Source of the DNA: Octopus bimaculoides
Lineage: Eukaryota
Direction of reading: 5' to 3'
Assembly: GCF_001194135.2 (NCBI RefSeq)
Contig: NC_068983.1
Location: forward strand, 121,086,740 to 121,139,289
DNA: 52,550 nt
The position numbers and the translations under genes are program-made. Within the stretch, counting starts at the first letter, position 1. Each line of letters opens with the position of its first letter. The notes beneath the pieces were generated by a model. It was not told where the DNA came from. It saw nothing but the letters and a program-made list of their open reading frames with translations, and made no database searches. Below, piece by piece: positions 23,783 to 35,873 of this stretch.

Positions 23783-25164
23783 ACATGCTCATACATGAAC
23801 AATAGCCAGATATGTTAATTCCAAAGAAAGTTCCAGTAAGTCAATCAATGCTTTAATTCTGTTTTTAATGCTCCATCATCATCCTAATAAAGTCTCTGTT
23901 GAAATTGGTTACCTCTAAGTCATTTTGTCCTGTCACTGCTAGTGTTTAGCTCTAGACCAACCTTGATTGCACAGGCATGCAATCAAAAGCATTCTTAGAT
24001 GAATGCTTCTGTTTCTTTTTTTTTTTTTGTGAGTTACATTTTCCAATGTCTCCTACCTTTTTAAAGATAATAGGATGTGATTTGAGAGAGATTTGGTTGC
24101 TGTTTCATGTTGGTTGAGCTACTGCAGAGAATCTATCCAAGTGGCTCAAATTTCTTTTATTGGTGCAAGTAACTCTGAGTCACCAGTGTACAAATACAAC
24201 TTGTTCTAACAAATATTGACTACATCTTTTATAAAACTAAAGAACAAGAGTAGACTATATTTTAAGATTTTTCTGAACTTTTTGTTATGGCATCTTTTTA
24301 GCTTGCTGGTTGGTTGGTTTGACTTGTTAAACATTTGATTATTATTTTTAGCTGACTAATATTTATAAATATAGAAGTTTTCATATCATGTCTAGTCTTT
24401 CTGTAGCAATTTTTATTCAAAAGTCTTAATGATGCTGTATGTTTAGTGTGTCCTGCTTACAATTTCATCTCTGTGAGCATGTTTCATTAAGTAGTGTCTT
24501 TGAGACAGGCCTTACCTTAGCTTGGAATAAACATGGATTACATAGAAAAATGCAAGCAAGAGAAATAATATTCTTAAGATTATAAACCTGGAAAATTACG
24601 GGACAAGTTATTACAATTGGAATAGTTCAGGACAGCTTTTTACATCTGGTAAAATACAGAACAAGGAAATTTTTACTTAAAAAATATTACAGCTAAGAAT
24701 AAAATTTGAATATTAAAAAGTAACATTATAATTAAAATAGGTACTATCATTTTGTTAAAATATTGACATAGTAGAGTACTTAAAAAATGAGAGCCAGAAG
24801 TACCAATATAGCTATGCAAAATACAATAGTATATATGGTATGCAAATTTATTATGTAAAAAATAGGCATTGGCTCAAGACTAAAAATGTGAAGACTTGGT
24901 AGTAACTAAGGCAGTAACTCAAGCAAATTTTACTGTGAATTTGCTGTTATAAGTAGATTTTACTATAATATATAACTAATTTTTGTATTATTCTATTTAT
25001 TGTACTAACTAATTATGTGTACTACTATTATTTTTTTATAACCTATTTTCAAATTTCTAATTGTTAATTAAAAAAATGAATTTTTTTAAAGTGCAAAAAA
25101 TATTTCAAGTTCTTTTTTATTCTTAATAGAAGTAATAACTTGTAATAAATTTTTAGTTTTAATA

Positions 25165-26061
25165 TTGGCTTGTCCAGAAAGTTTGTGCCGATTTTTAAAG
25201 GAGAGAAAAAGGTCAATAAATACTTGCCATTACATTTTTAATCAACCAAATATCAACCATTTTGTTGCACAATACGTCTCCANNNNNNNNNNTATCATGT
25301 TGGAAAACAACATCCTTCCTGTTGGCCAATTCTGGATGTTTCTCTTGAATTGCTGCTTTTAACTCGTCCAGTTGTGTGCAGTATTTCTCAGAATGAAATG
25401 TCTGGTTACTTGGGAGAAGTTCATAGTACAGAATCCCTTTCCAATCCCACCAGACATAAAGCAAGACTTTTTTAGAGTGAAGACCCGTTTTGGGGTGGCT
25501 AAGGGTGGCTCATGTCGCTTACTCCAGGATCACTTTCTCTGAACATTTCGGTAGATAATCCATTTCTCATCACCTGTCACAATTTGCTTTAAAAAAGGCA
25601 TGTTTTCATACCATTTATAAAACAAATCACAGATGGAAATGCAATCCAAAAGGTTCTTCTCACTCAACTCATGTGGTACCCAAACATCGTAGCAATTTGT
25701 ACACCCAAGCTTTAGCAGGTGCTCATGAACGACGGATTTCAATAGGTTGAGGCTTTCTGCCAATTCTCGGGTTGTACAATGTGGGTTATTCTCAATTAAT
25801 GACTTGATTTGGTCATCATCTGTAGTGGATGGTCTGCCTGATCGCTCTTTATCAATAAGGCTACAATCTCCAGCTCGGAACCTTGCGAACCACTTCCATA
25901 CAGTTCTTTTGGATAAAGAAACATCACCATAAACTGCGCATATTTCTTTGGTTGCTTGTGAGGCATTTTTCCCTTTATGGAAAAAGAAAAGCATCAAGTG
26001 CCAAAAATGAACTTTCTTATCTTCCATTTTAAAGGGTTACAGAATTAACACAGGTTATAGG
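25165..26061 (-). mobile_element. mariner DNA transposon (mellifera-like subfamily), defective; 5' end lost in the gap
   Basis: TA at 25163-25164 followed by TIR ttggcttgtccagaaagtttgtgccgatttt. The transposase has an HTH, WVPHEL, TGDEKW (first D) and VFQHD (second D), and a C-terminal WRRIVQQNG beyond the 10-N gap. Confidence 0.95.
25230..26027 (-). pseudogene. mariner transposase pseudogene
   Basis: ORF 25530-26027 ends at RK*(TGA, likely from CGA) and continues SWSKRHEPPLATPK. A 1-nt deletion shifts into GLHSKKVLLYVWWDWKGILYYELLP. The YSPD region is absent or lies in gap 25283-25292. Confidence 0.92.
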
Positions 26062-26726
26062 NNNNNNNNNNNNNNNNNNNNNNNNNNNNNNNNNNNNNNN
26101 NNNNNNNNNNNNNNNNNNNNNNNNNNNNNNNNNNNNNNNNNNNNNNNNNNNNNNNNNNNNNNNNNNNNNNNNNNNNNNNNNNNNNNNNNNNNNNNNNNNN
26201 NNNNNNNNNNNNNNNNNNNNNNNNNNNNNNNNNNNNNNNNNNNNNNNNNNNNNNNNNNNNNNNNNNNNNNNNNNNNNNNNNNNNNNNNNNNNNNNNNNNN
26301 NNNNNNNNNNNNNNNNNNNNNNNNNNNNNNNNNNNNNNNNNNNNNNNNNNNNNNNNNNNNNNNNNNNNNNNNNNNNNNNNNNNNNNNNNNNNNNNNNNNN
26401 NNNNNNNNNNNNNNNNNNNNNNNNNNNNNNNNNNNNNNNNNNNNNNNNNNNNNNNNNNNNNNNNNNNNNNNNNNNNNNNNNNNNNNNNNNNNNNNNNNNN
26501 NNNNNNNNNNNNNNNNNNNNNNNNNNNNNNNNNNNNNNNNNNNNNNNNNNNNNNNNNNNNNNNNNNNNNNNNNNNNNNNNNNNNNNNNNNNNNNNNNNNN
26601 NNNNNNNNNNNNNNNNNNNNNNNNNNNNNNNNNNNNNNNNNNNNNNNNNNNNNNNNNNNNNNNNNNNNNNNNNNNNNNNNNNNNNNNNNNNNNNNNNNNN
26701 NNNNNNNNNNNNNNNNNNNNNNNNNN

Positions 26727-26764
<38 letters not shown>

Positions 26765-26869
26765 CATACATTCATATACATTCATGTACATGAAAAAATT
26801 CAATTTTAGCAGTTGAACTTGAAATAAATAAAGCTATAAATGATAGCATGTAAACATTGTGTTAAAAAT

Positions 26870-27113
26870 CCCTAAGTGTGTGTTTGTGTCTCCTTGTCTT
26901 GACATCATGTTAGTTGTAAATGAGTGTCACTGCCAAAAAGCAGCATCATGTGAAAACATGTCTGACCATGGGGTAATATTACCTTGCTTGGAAACAGGTG
27001 AGGTTTGGCGACAGGAGGGGCATCTAGCTGTAGAAAATCTGCCTCAGTATACTCTGGCTGATACGTGCAAGTATGGAAAAATAGATGGTAAAACAACTAC
27101 ATGATGATGATGA
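26870..27113 (+). mobile_element. 3' half of a SINE variant carrying an RTE-derived tail
   Basis: gtgtctccttgtcttgacatc...ccttgcttggaaacagg...ggcatctagctgtagaaaatctgcc...gtatggaaaa...(atg)n. Homologous to 36560-36790 and 38940-39150. Confidence 0.75.
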
Positions 27114-27190
27114 TATATACATGTATATGTGTGTGGATGTATATGTGTGTGCATATATATGTGTATGTATATATATATATATATATATAT

Positions 27191-27473
27191 ATAGAGGTAG
27201 TCGATAGCTTCCGCTATCTGGGCGACCAAGTTAGTAGTGGGGGTGGGTGCGCTGAAAGTGTAGCTGCTAGAATAAGAATAGCCTGGGCAAAGTTTAGAGA
27301 GCTCTTACCCCTGCTGGCGACAAAGGGACTCTCACTCAGAGTAAAAGGCAGACTGTATGACGCATGCGTACGAACAACCATGCTACATGGCAGTGAAACA
27401 TGGGCTGTAACTGCTGAGGACATACGTAAGCTCGCAAGGAATGAAGCCAGTATGCTCCGTTGGATGTGTAATG
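27191..27473 (+). mobile_element. RTE LINE ORF2 fragment (end of RT and thumb), 5'-truncated at (TA)n and running into a gap
   Basis: Open frame IEVVDSFRYLGDQVSSGGGCAESVAARIRIAWAKFRELLPLLATKGLSLRVKGRLYDACVRTTMLHGSETW, with the RTE motifs F.YLG and YGSETW-like. No stops. Confidence 0.95.
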
Positions 27474-27909
27474 NNNNNNNNNNNNNNNNNNNNNNNNNNN
27501 NNNNNNNNNNNNNNNNNNNNNNNNNNNNNNNNNNNNNNNNNNNNNNNNNNNNNNNNNNNNNNNNNNNNNNNNNNNNNNNNNNNNNNNNNNNNNNNNNNNN
27601 NNNNNNNNNNNNNNNNNNNNNNNNNNNNNNNNNNNNNNNNNNNNNNNNNNNNNNNNNNNNNNNNNNNNNNNNNNNNNNNNNNNNNNNNNNNNNNNNNNNN
27701 NNNNNNNNNNNNNNNNNNNNNNNNNNNNNNNNNNNNNNNNNNNNNNNNNNNNNNNNNNNNNNNNNNNNNNNNNNNNNNNNNNNNNNNNNNNNNNNNNNNN
27801 NNNNNNNNNNNNNNNNNNNNNNNNNNNNNNNNNNNNNNNNNNNNNNNNNNNNNNNNNNNNNNNNNNNNNNNNNNNNNNNNNNNGGTTAATAAGAATAAAT
27901 AAATAAAAA

Positions 27910-28263
27910 CCTGTAGAGCCTGGGCACCACCTTGAGGCATTCGTAGTTAAATGAATCAGCCCCAGCACTTTATTTGTTAACGTTTGGTACTATTTTATTA
28001 GTACTTTTTGTCGAACTGCTAAGTTATGGTGGCATAAATACAAATGCCAGTTGTCGCGCAGTAGTGAGAGATAAACACAGACACAAAGACACACATGCAC
28101 ACAGGTTTCTTCCAGTTTCTCTCTACCAAATCCACGCACTAGACTTTGGTCAGCTCTAGGCTATAGTAGAAGACACTTACTCAATGTGCCATGCAACAGG
28201 ACTGAACCTTGAACCATTTAGTTGTGAAGCAAACTTCTTACTACACAGCCAAGCCTGTACCTA
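27910..28263 (-). mobile_element. Family A SINE
   Basis: ctttttgtcgaactgctaagtta...tagaagacacttactcaatgtgcc...cttcttactacacagccaagcctgtaccta. Confidence 0.85.
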
Positions 28264-29172
28264 TATGTAGAGAGAAATGTTTTATTGATTTCATTCATTA
28301 AAATTGTTACTCTATGAATTGAATTAAAGAGGGCACTCCATGGATGTAACCCTACAGATTGTTATTTATCTATTCTTATTAATGTTTTAATTGTTATTAC
28401 TTTAAATAAAGAAACTATTAATTCAGAGTTGCTGTCTTGGAAGTTTGGGAACCTTAGATTTGCAGCTGTAAAAAGTTAACATTGATATTGGTTCCCAGCC
28501 ATAACTATAAATATATATCTATACATATATATATATATCTTGATCTTTTTGTTAAGCCAAGCAACAGAGAAGAAAACCAAGTGCCTGTTTTCTAGAGATG
28601 GTTAATCAAATATATTTATAACAAAAGCTACAATGAGTCTTTTCATCATCAAACATTTGTTTTACATCTGGGAATTGAATAAATCAAGATAGTGTTAACA
28701 TCTGACCATGAAGGACTGGGCTAGCCATGAATATTTTATGTCCCAGTGAAAGTTGAACCCAAATGTATGAACAAAAATGAATTAATGGATCTCTGCCTCT
28801 GTCTTACTCTTTTCGTTTGTTGTCTCACCCCCACCTCTCTCTGTCTAGAAAGAATGAATGATGGAAGGAAGGGATGAAAAGAGTTGTAGTAGATAAAAAT
28901 AAAACCATTTTTATCTGCCAAAGCAGGTTTTAATTTACTTCATATATTGAATTTTTAATTATATGCTTATGTTTGTCAACCTATTATGCAGAAACCAAAT
29001 TTAGCCAACATAAATTACCAATATTTTTCTTTCATTATTAACGTACCCAAATGAAAGCTGTGTACATAATTTCGGAAATACACTTGCTTCAATTTAAAAG
29101 AAAATGCGGAAAGAAACATCACTTCTCCATTATTATTATGATAGATTTATTTTTAAATTTTGTCTTCTCTAG

Positions 29173-29281
29173 GCTACCAAACTTCATAGATTCAAAGTGC
29201 ATTCATATGGTAGCCCAACTTTCTGTGACCATTGCGGCTCGCTACTCTATGGGCTGATTCATCAAGGCTTCAAATGTGATG
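29173..29281 (+). CDS. PKC: Internal coding exon of a conventional protein kinase C (PKC alpha/beta, Apl I-like), N-terminal half of the C1B DAG/phorbol-binding zinc finger
   Basis: Acceptor ttttgtcttctctag (AG at 29171-29172) and donor g|gtaagt (29282). The phase 0 frame gives [36 protein letters not shown]+g, with C1 spacing H-x12-C-x2-C-x13-C. It closely matches the recalled cPKC C1B ([32 protein letters not shown]), and the phase 0 / phase 1 boundaries fit the vertebrate cPKC exon as I recall it. Confidence 0.96.
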
Positions 29282-31224
29282 GTAAGTCATTGTTTTCCTT
29301 CTATATATTTTGTTATTGTTTCTCTTGTTAAAATAAAACTGTATTTAAAAAAAGTGAAGATTTTAGAATCATTGCAGCATGCAATTAGAACCACCACAAG
29401 ATATTGTTAGAAATGAATAGGCACTTATTATTCAAAGGACTCTTTCCCTTTTCTCTGTTGCTAAACTGTTAAAGATTTAGGATGCAAAAAAAAAAATGAA
29501 ATATTTTTTTAAAGCTGTGAACTATCTTATCTCTTTTTTAAGATCTTCTATCTTATCTCTTTTTTAAGAAGATTTGTAAAATAGTGAATGTAGCTTAATT
29601 TGTGCCTCAAGTTATGCCATGCTTGATGATTCCAAAGGAGTATAAAACTTTACTGTACATGGTTACCAAAGAGAGAAGAAAAAATTAAGAATTCTATTTC
29701 ATTTAATGTAAGAAAAAGAAATTAAAAATCAACAATGCAGATTCTCTAACTTAACTTTAACGTAGAAGGGATTATCTTCTCTTTAATAGCAAATCACTAC
29801 CACATGTGTACAACTATGTCACCTCTAAATAGTATTCTGGGATCTATTGATCTTCAAATAGTGAATTACTAAGTTATACTGGGAAAGACTTAAGCTAGAA
29901 GCTTATAATTTCGAAGCTTGTTATCAACAAGAATTAATTTTGTATTTCTACGTGACTGCCAGCTTAACTGTGTTACACTAAAATTAGGCTTTGCTGATAC
30001 AGTTAAAAATTAAGACTGATTTGCTTTAAAGGGTTTGGAAAGTTTCAATTTTATCTATGAATAAGGTCGAATGTTACCAGTCATCCTGTCCTAACACTCC
30101 ATGATACTTGAACTGTATCCTATTCACATATTGCTTGATTGCCCAACTTACTTCATCTAAGTTACCTCAATGTGATATCTTCAGTTAATATTTTTTTTTT
30201 AATCAGAAAAGCTAGGCAGTACCACTGTCCCCCTCCCCCAAGCTCTCTATATGTTGTTAAGACCAATGCAGTTGATGTTCAGTTCCAGAACACTACAATT
30301 CTTGATAGAAAATATAGGGGACGAAATATTTTAGTGTGGAATTCGGTAGGTGGGAAGGAATAAGAAAAAAAGAGAGAAACCATATAAAACTTTGATGAAA
30401 GTAGTATACAACTTCCTATTTCAGAGAGTAGAGATTGTTATAGTAATAGCAAAAGAATTATGGAGGAGAAAGATCACATCTATGAGTTAGTGGTTCTAGT
30501 GTGTTTGTGAGTCAGTGTTTGAGTGATTATAGTATGTTAGTGGATGTATTTTACAAATCAAATGTTTTTACAATTTCTCTTAAATAATGTAGTTTGTATT
30601 TTAGTTTTTTACATTTTATTAAGGTTTCTTATTATATTGTTAATGTTTTTTCTCAAAAAAGCCATAGCACATCTGTCATCAAGCTACTCTTCAACACTCA
30701 GAGCAGTGAATAAATTGTACGTTAACACATTCCTTCAACACCTGGATTATTTATCATATTCGGTTCTGACTTCATCAGGTAATAATCTGATACAAATAGA
30801 ATTCATCAGAGAAGAAGGCTGTAGGTTATTCCTAATTTGAGTATAATTATCAAATTTGTTAACTGTCTGTTGGAGGTTTTCGACAGCATTTGTGACTGTA
30901 CTAACATTCATATGACTCCAGGTCTAAATGATGAATAGCTCAGTGTCTGCAATAACTTTTCCAGAAATTTAGCTTTGTGTTCAACACTTCATATTTTATA
31001 GTTTTCGTTAGCTAAAACTATCTTCGAAATACAGTTACCTTGTGGTTAACATCCCCTAAACCTCCTTCTCCTCTTTTCCATTTACCCTATTTTTGACTGA
31101 ACTGACACTCTTGTAGGAGTTACACATTGCACCACACCCCACCTTCCTATTACAGGTTCATCCAACTTCATTTCTATCTGTTACTTTGATGTACTAAGGT
31201 CCTTACATTATAGGGTGTGTGTGT

Positions 31225-31740
31225 GTGATCAGAGATGGTTGAAAGGTTAGAAGTTTGCTTCAGAAACATGGACACCTGCATTGAATTCCGTCATGCACTC
31301 TCTGCAAGTATCTTTTATAATAGCCTCAAGCTGGTCAGAGTTATATGAGAAATGTTTTGAGGTGAAACTGTGTGGATTCCCATTGGAAAATATGTAGATG
31401 GATTGTAGATAACAAGCTTTGTCATACACACTGTTATACTAAATCTGCCTAAAAATTGTTAATGATGCATGTGACTTTGAAACATTCGACTCTTTACATG
31501 CAATTAGTGAATAGATCTCTTGTTTAAAAATCAAAACCACTCATTGCAGAAACCAGCACGGGACCCTTCATTCTTAGGTATGGGTGTGTGGTAAGAAGTT
31601 TGCTTCCCAACCACATGGTTTCAGATTCTGTCCCACTGTATAGCATCTTGGGCAAGTGTCTTCTACTGTAGCCCTAGGGCAACCAAAATCTTTGTGAATG
31701 GATTTGATAGATGGAAACCGAAAGAAGAGAGTGATGTGTG
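31225..31740 (+). mobile_element. Two 5' halves of family A-type SINEs
   Basis: ggttagaagtttgcttcagaaacatgg (old) and gggtgtgtggtaagaagtttgcttcccaaccacatgg...gaaaccgaaagaag. Confidence 0.75.
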
Positions 31741-32205
31741 TGTATGTACATACACACACACACACACATACATATACATGTGTTTGTCTGTCTAAGTAAA
31801 AAGTGTTATTTGTAGTTGATGCTTATACTGTAAAAGTCAAATACATGTGTATAGCTCCAAATCAGTTAATCTTACTATTAGGAGTGACACTTATAGGTAG
31901 GAATACTCGACAAAGAAATGCTGAGATCATATTACAAATTTTGGTCAACATTATTGCTGTATAAAATTATGGCCTTACTCTAACAGATTCATAATGGTCA
32001 TTGCAACCAAAACTATCATAAATCACATTCTACTCTTAAACTTTGAGAACACGTATTGACTGATGTAGTTCTAGATACACTTTGTCTGAATAAAAAATGG
32101 GAGATTTAAATTGCCGTTGAAATACCTTTAATCATAGATATGCTTTCTGAGATCCAACTTGGGGCTAAGAATAATATTGTCATTGTGTATTATGAATAGT
32201 GGTAT

Positions 32206-32597
32206 AGGCACAGGCATGGCTGTGTGGTAAGAAGCTTGTTTCCCAACCACATAGTTCTGGGTTCAGTCCCAATGTGTGGCACCTTGGGCAAGTGTCTTCT
32301 ACTTTAGCCCCAAGGCAACCAAAGCCTTGTGAGTGGATTTGTTAAAAGGAAACTGAAAGAAACCCACAATATATATGTGTGTGTGTGTTTGTTTGTGTCT
32401 GTATTGTCCACCACCACTTGACAACTGGTGTTAGTGTGTTTACATCCCCATAACTTAGCAGTTCTGCAAAAGAGATTGATAGAATAAGAACTAGGCTTTA
32501 AAAAATACTGGGGTCAATCCATTCGACTAAAAGTTCTTCAAGGTGGTATCCCAACATGACTGCAGTCTAACAATTGAGACAATTAAAAGATAAAAGA
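32206..32597 (+). mobile_element. Full-length family A SINE
   Basis: ggcacaggcatggctgtgtggtaagaag ... caattaaaagataaaaga. Confidence 0.9.
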
Positions 32598-33543
32598 TTG
32601 ATATATATACAGTTTACAAGTCTGAATTTTTAAACTTATCCAACTTCTATCAAACCAATAGCAAAATCTCTGAGAAGTTTTTGCTATAATCGAATGATTT
32701 CATCTCCTACATGAAGCTATGGAGTGGGCATTTGTCTATTGCTTCAGTTGAAAGCAAATAACCCTGTGGTTGTTTTTTGTTGTTTTTTTTTCTACATCAG
32801 AATGGGTTATTTTCAGCTTTGTTGTAGAAACTGTCTGCCAGAATGTTTGTGTTGCCATGCTGTTAGTTTCTATAGATGAGTATGTTGTGAAGCTGTAATG
32901 GAAAAATTCTTGACACTCTGTATGAATAGGTGGAATTTCACTCTCACCATATTTCTGTAAATTCTGCTGCTCTGTCAACAACAGTGAAATAATACTTAGT
33001 AACAAGAAACAAGAATGCCATATGCTTAAAGAATTGATAGTTCTGCTATTTATCAATTTTCTCATCTCATCCATTCTTCTTAATTTCTTATCTTCTGTCC
33101 ATTCAGCTTCTAACTTCAAACACTTTTATTATTTTTATCACTATCTTCATCATCATCCTCATCATTATCATCATCTTTTGCAACAATACTCATTTTGTTT
33201 TGCTGCCGTCTACAATCCTTATTTGCAAATATGACAATAACTGGTTTGCTGTTGTTTGTCTGGTGGCAATTTGAAGACAGCTGTTTATTTAGTTCAATTT
33301 AAGCTGGATTTGTGTAACTTAACTGGCAATGAACCACACACTGACTTTTGCATAGGAAAAAATATTGTCTTGATGATTAAGGGATGCAATGTACTACATT
33401 ATCAACAAAAAATCCCTGTGGAAAGAGTAAATCATGGAGCCAGTATATTAGCAGTGAATAGAACCCTATTCATTTAAGTGCCATTAAACTCAGGACATAT
33501 TTGTATGTTTATAAAAGATTTGTGAGAAATTGTGACACATTGG

Positions 33544-33765
33544 CCCTTTTATTAACATATTTCTGTTGACATATAATGCCTTTGTTTCAATTAATTTTTG
33601 AGATAATGAAGGAATTTATTAAAATAACTTTGTTGTTATTAAAATGATATCTGGCACATTAATTAACATAAAGTTTTGATGGAAGATTAGGATTTAGATC
33701 ACTGTAAAACATAAGCTTGTGTCTTAGAACCGGGGATGGTCTCAGGCAGGTTGATATCAAAAGGA
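33544..33765. mobile_element. Probable piggyBac-type MITE (second family)
   Basis: Ends cccttttattaac ... gatatcaaaagga|ttaa. The left TTAA is degenerate (ttgg). Confidence 0.45.
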
Positions 33766-33794
33766 TTAATACGTTTAGAGATTATACTGATTAT

Positions 33795-34172
33795 AAGCAC
33801 AGGCATGACTGTGTGGTTAAGAAGCTTGCTTTGCAACTATATAGTTTCAGGTTCAGTCCTACCATGTAGCACCTTGTGCAAGTGTCTTTCTGTTATAGCC
33901 CCAGGCCACCCAATGCTTTGTGAGTGAATTTTCTTGATGAAACTGTGTGGAAGCCTGTCATATGTGTGCGTGTATATATTTATATATATGTATACACACA
34001 CACGCGTGTGTGGGTGGGTAGGTGTTTTTGTTTAAGTCCCCATAACTTTGGCAAACAGAGGTGAATAGAGTAAGAACCAGACTTGAATACTGAGGTTGAT
34101 TTGTTCAACTAAACCCTTCAAATGCAGTGTCCCAGCATGGCTCCTGTCCAATGACTGAAACAAGTAAAAGAG
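33795..34172 (+). mobile_element. Family A SINE
   Basis: gcacaggcatgactgtgtggttaagaagc ... atgactgaaacaagtaaaagag. Confidence 0.88.
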
Positions 34173-34732
34173 AACAGATAAAGGTAAAATATTGAAAAAA
34201 CTGTGGCCTTGTGCCAGTTTCAGAAATCAATGATTCAGTACAAACAATAGGCTAAAACTGTATTTGATGTACAATACCCAGTCATGTTTTTCACAAAAGC
34301 TCCTTACCTTAACTTGAACCATTAACCATACTAACCATGACCACCACCACAACTGCCACACAATAATCATTTACCTTTTTCAAACTAACAGATCAACTTG
34401 CATAGTACAATTAATATTAATTGATGCATTCATGTGTAAAGTAATCGTTCCTATTTGATCACAAACACTCTACTCAAACCTTCCTCTCCAGAAGTTAACT
34501 CACTGGAACTTTCTGTTCACCCATGTCAGTCTCTCAGTGAATGATCTCACAAAAAAGATCATAACTCGCCAGCCAATGCAGCATATTTTTGAATTTCAGA
34601 TAATATGAAAAGGCTAAAGGAAGTGCCTATTTCTGCAATGACTAAACTATATGAGTACAGCTGGTATATACATACATACATACATACATACGAATGTGTG
34701 TGTAGATATTCACCTATATATATATATACATA

Positions 34733-35136
34733 TAGGTGCAGGCATAGTTGTATGGTAAGAAGTTTATTTTCCAGCCACATGGTTCTGGGTTCAGTCCCAC
34801 TGCATGACACCTTGGCCAAGTGACTTCGGGTATAGCCCCAGGCTGACCAAAGCCTTGCAAGCATGTTTGGTAGACAGAAACTTAAAGAAGACCCTCTCAT
34901 GAATAGATAAGTATATATCTACATGTGCGTCTTTGTGTTGTATTTGTCTCCCACCACCACTTGACAGCTAGTGTTGGTTTCTGTATGTCACTTAGTGGTT
35001 TGACAAAAGAGACTGATAGGATAAGTACCAGACTTAAAAAAAAAAGCATTGGAGTTGATCTGTTTGACTAACCCCATTGAGGTGGTGCCTCAGCATGGCC
35101 ATAGTCCAGTGATTGAAATAAGTATAATATAAGAGA
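34733..35136 (+). mobile_element. Family A SINE
   Basis: aggtgcaggcatagttgtatggtaagaag ... gtgattgaaataagta. Confidence 0.85.
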
Positions 35137-35160
35137 TATATATACATATACACAAACACA

Positions 35161-35625
35161 TCATTTGATGTACGCCTTCTGTGAAAACATGGTTGGATGG
35201 TTTGACTGGAACTAGCAAGTCAGAAGCTTGCACCAAGCTTTATTGTCTGTCTTAACATGGTTTCAACGGCTAGTTGCCCTCCTTAATGCTTACCACATAC
35301 ACATATATACATACATCAGCATCATCATTTAATGTCTGTTTTTCATGCTAGCATGGGTTGGATGGTTGATCAGAGCTAGTAAGGCCAGGGATTGGACCAG
35401 GCTCCATTGTCTGTTATGGCATGGTTTCTATGCCTGGACACCCTTCCTAATACCAACCATTCTTCAGAGTGTACTACATGCTTTTTATGTGACACCAGTA
35501 CTTTTAATGTTGCATCAGCCTGAGTGCTTTTTATGTGGCACCAGCACCAGTGCTTTTAACATGAAACCAGCATGAATGCTTTTTGTATGTGGCACCAACT
35601 CTGGTATCACTTCTGCTGTGGTGGA
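35161..35625 (-). mobile_element. Two old RTE-type 3' ends in tandem
   Basis: catcatttaatgtctgtttttcatgctagcatgggttggatgg... and shortened tgctttttatgtggcaccagcac units. Confidence 0.75.
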
Positions 35626-35841
35626 TGGGTTCAATTCTGCTGACACACTCATACATAAATATGTACACACACACACACACACATTTATATTTATGTGTAT
35701 GTATGTTGTATACACACATGTATTTATACAGTCAATATAAATGTTGGTTGATTAATTTCTCCTATCATACTTTAAATCACATAGAAAGAGGGTAAAAGAA
35801 AAATATATGCACATACACACATGTATGTATGCATGCATATT

Positions 35842-35873
<32 letters not shown>

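Noticed and set aside
26029-26803. ORFs of 200-300 aa at 26029-26803, 27336-27968 and 51512-52511
   Set aside because: They are open only because they run through N-gaps and microsatellites.
29522-29569. 22-bp direct duplication (ctatcttatctcttttttaaga x2)
   Set aside because: It is an ordinary slippage duplication with no evidence of function.
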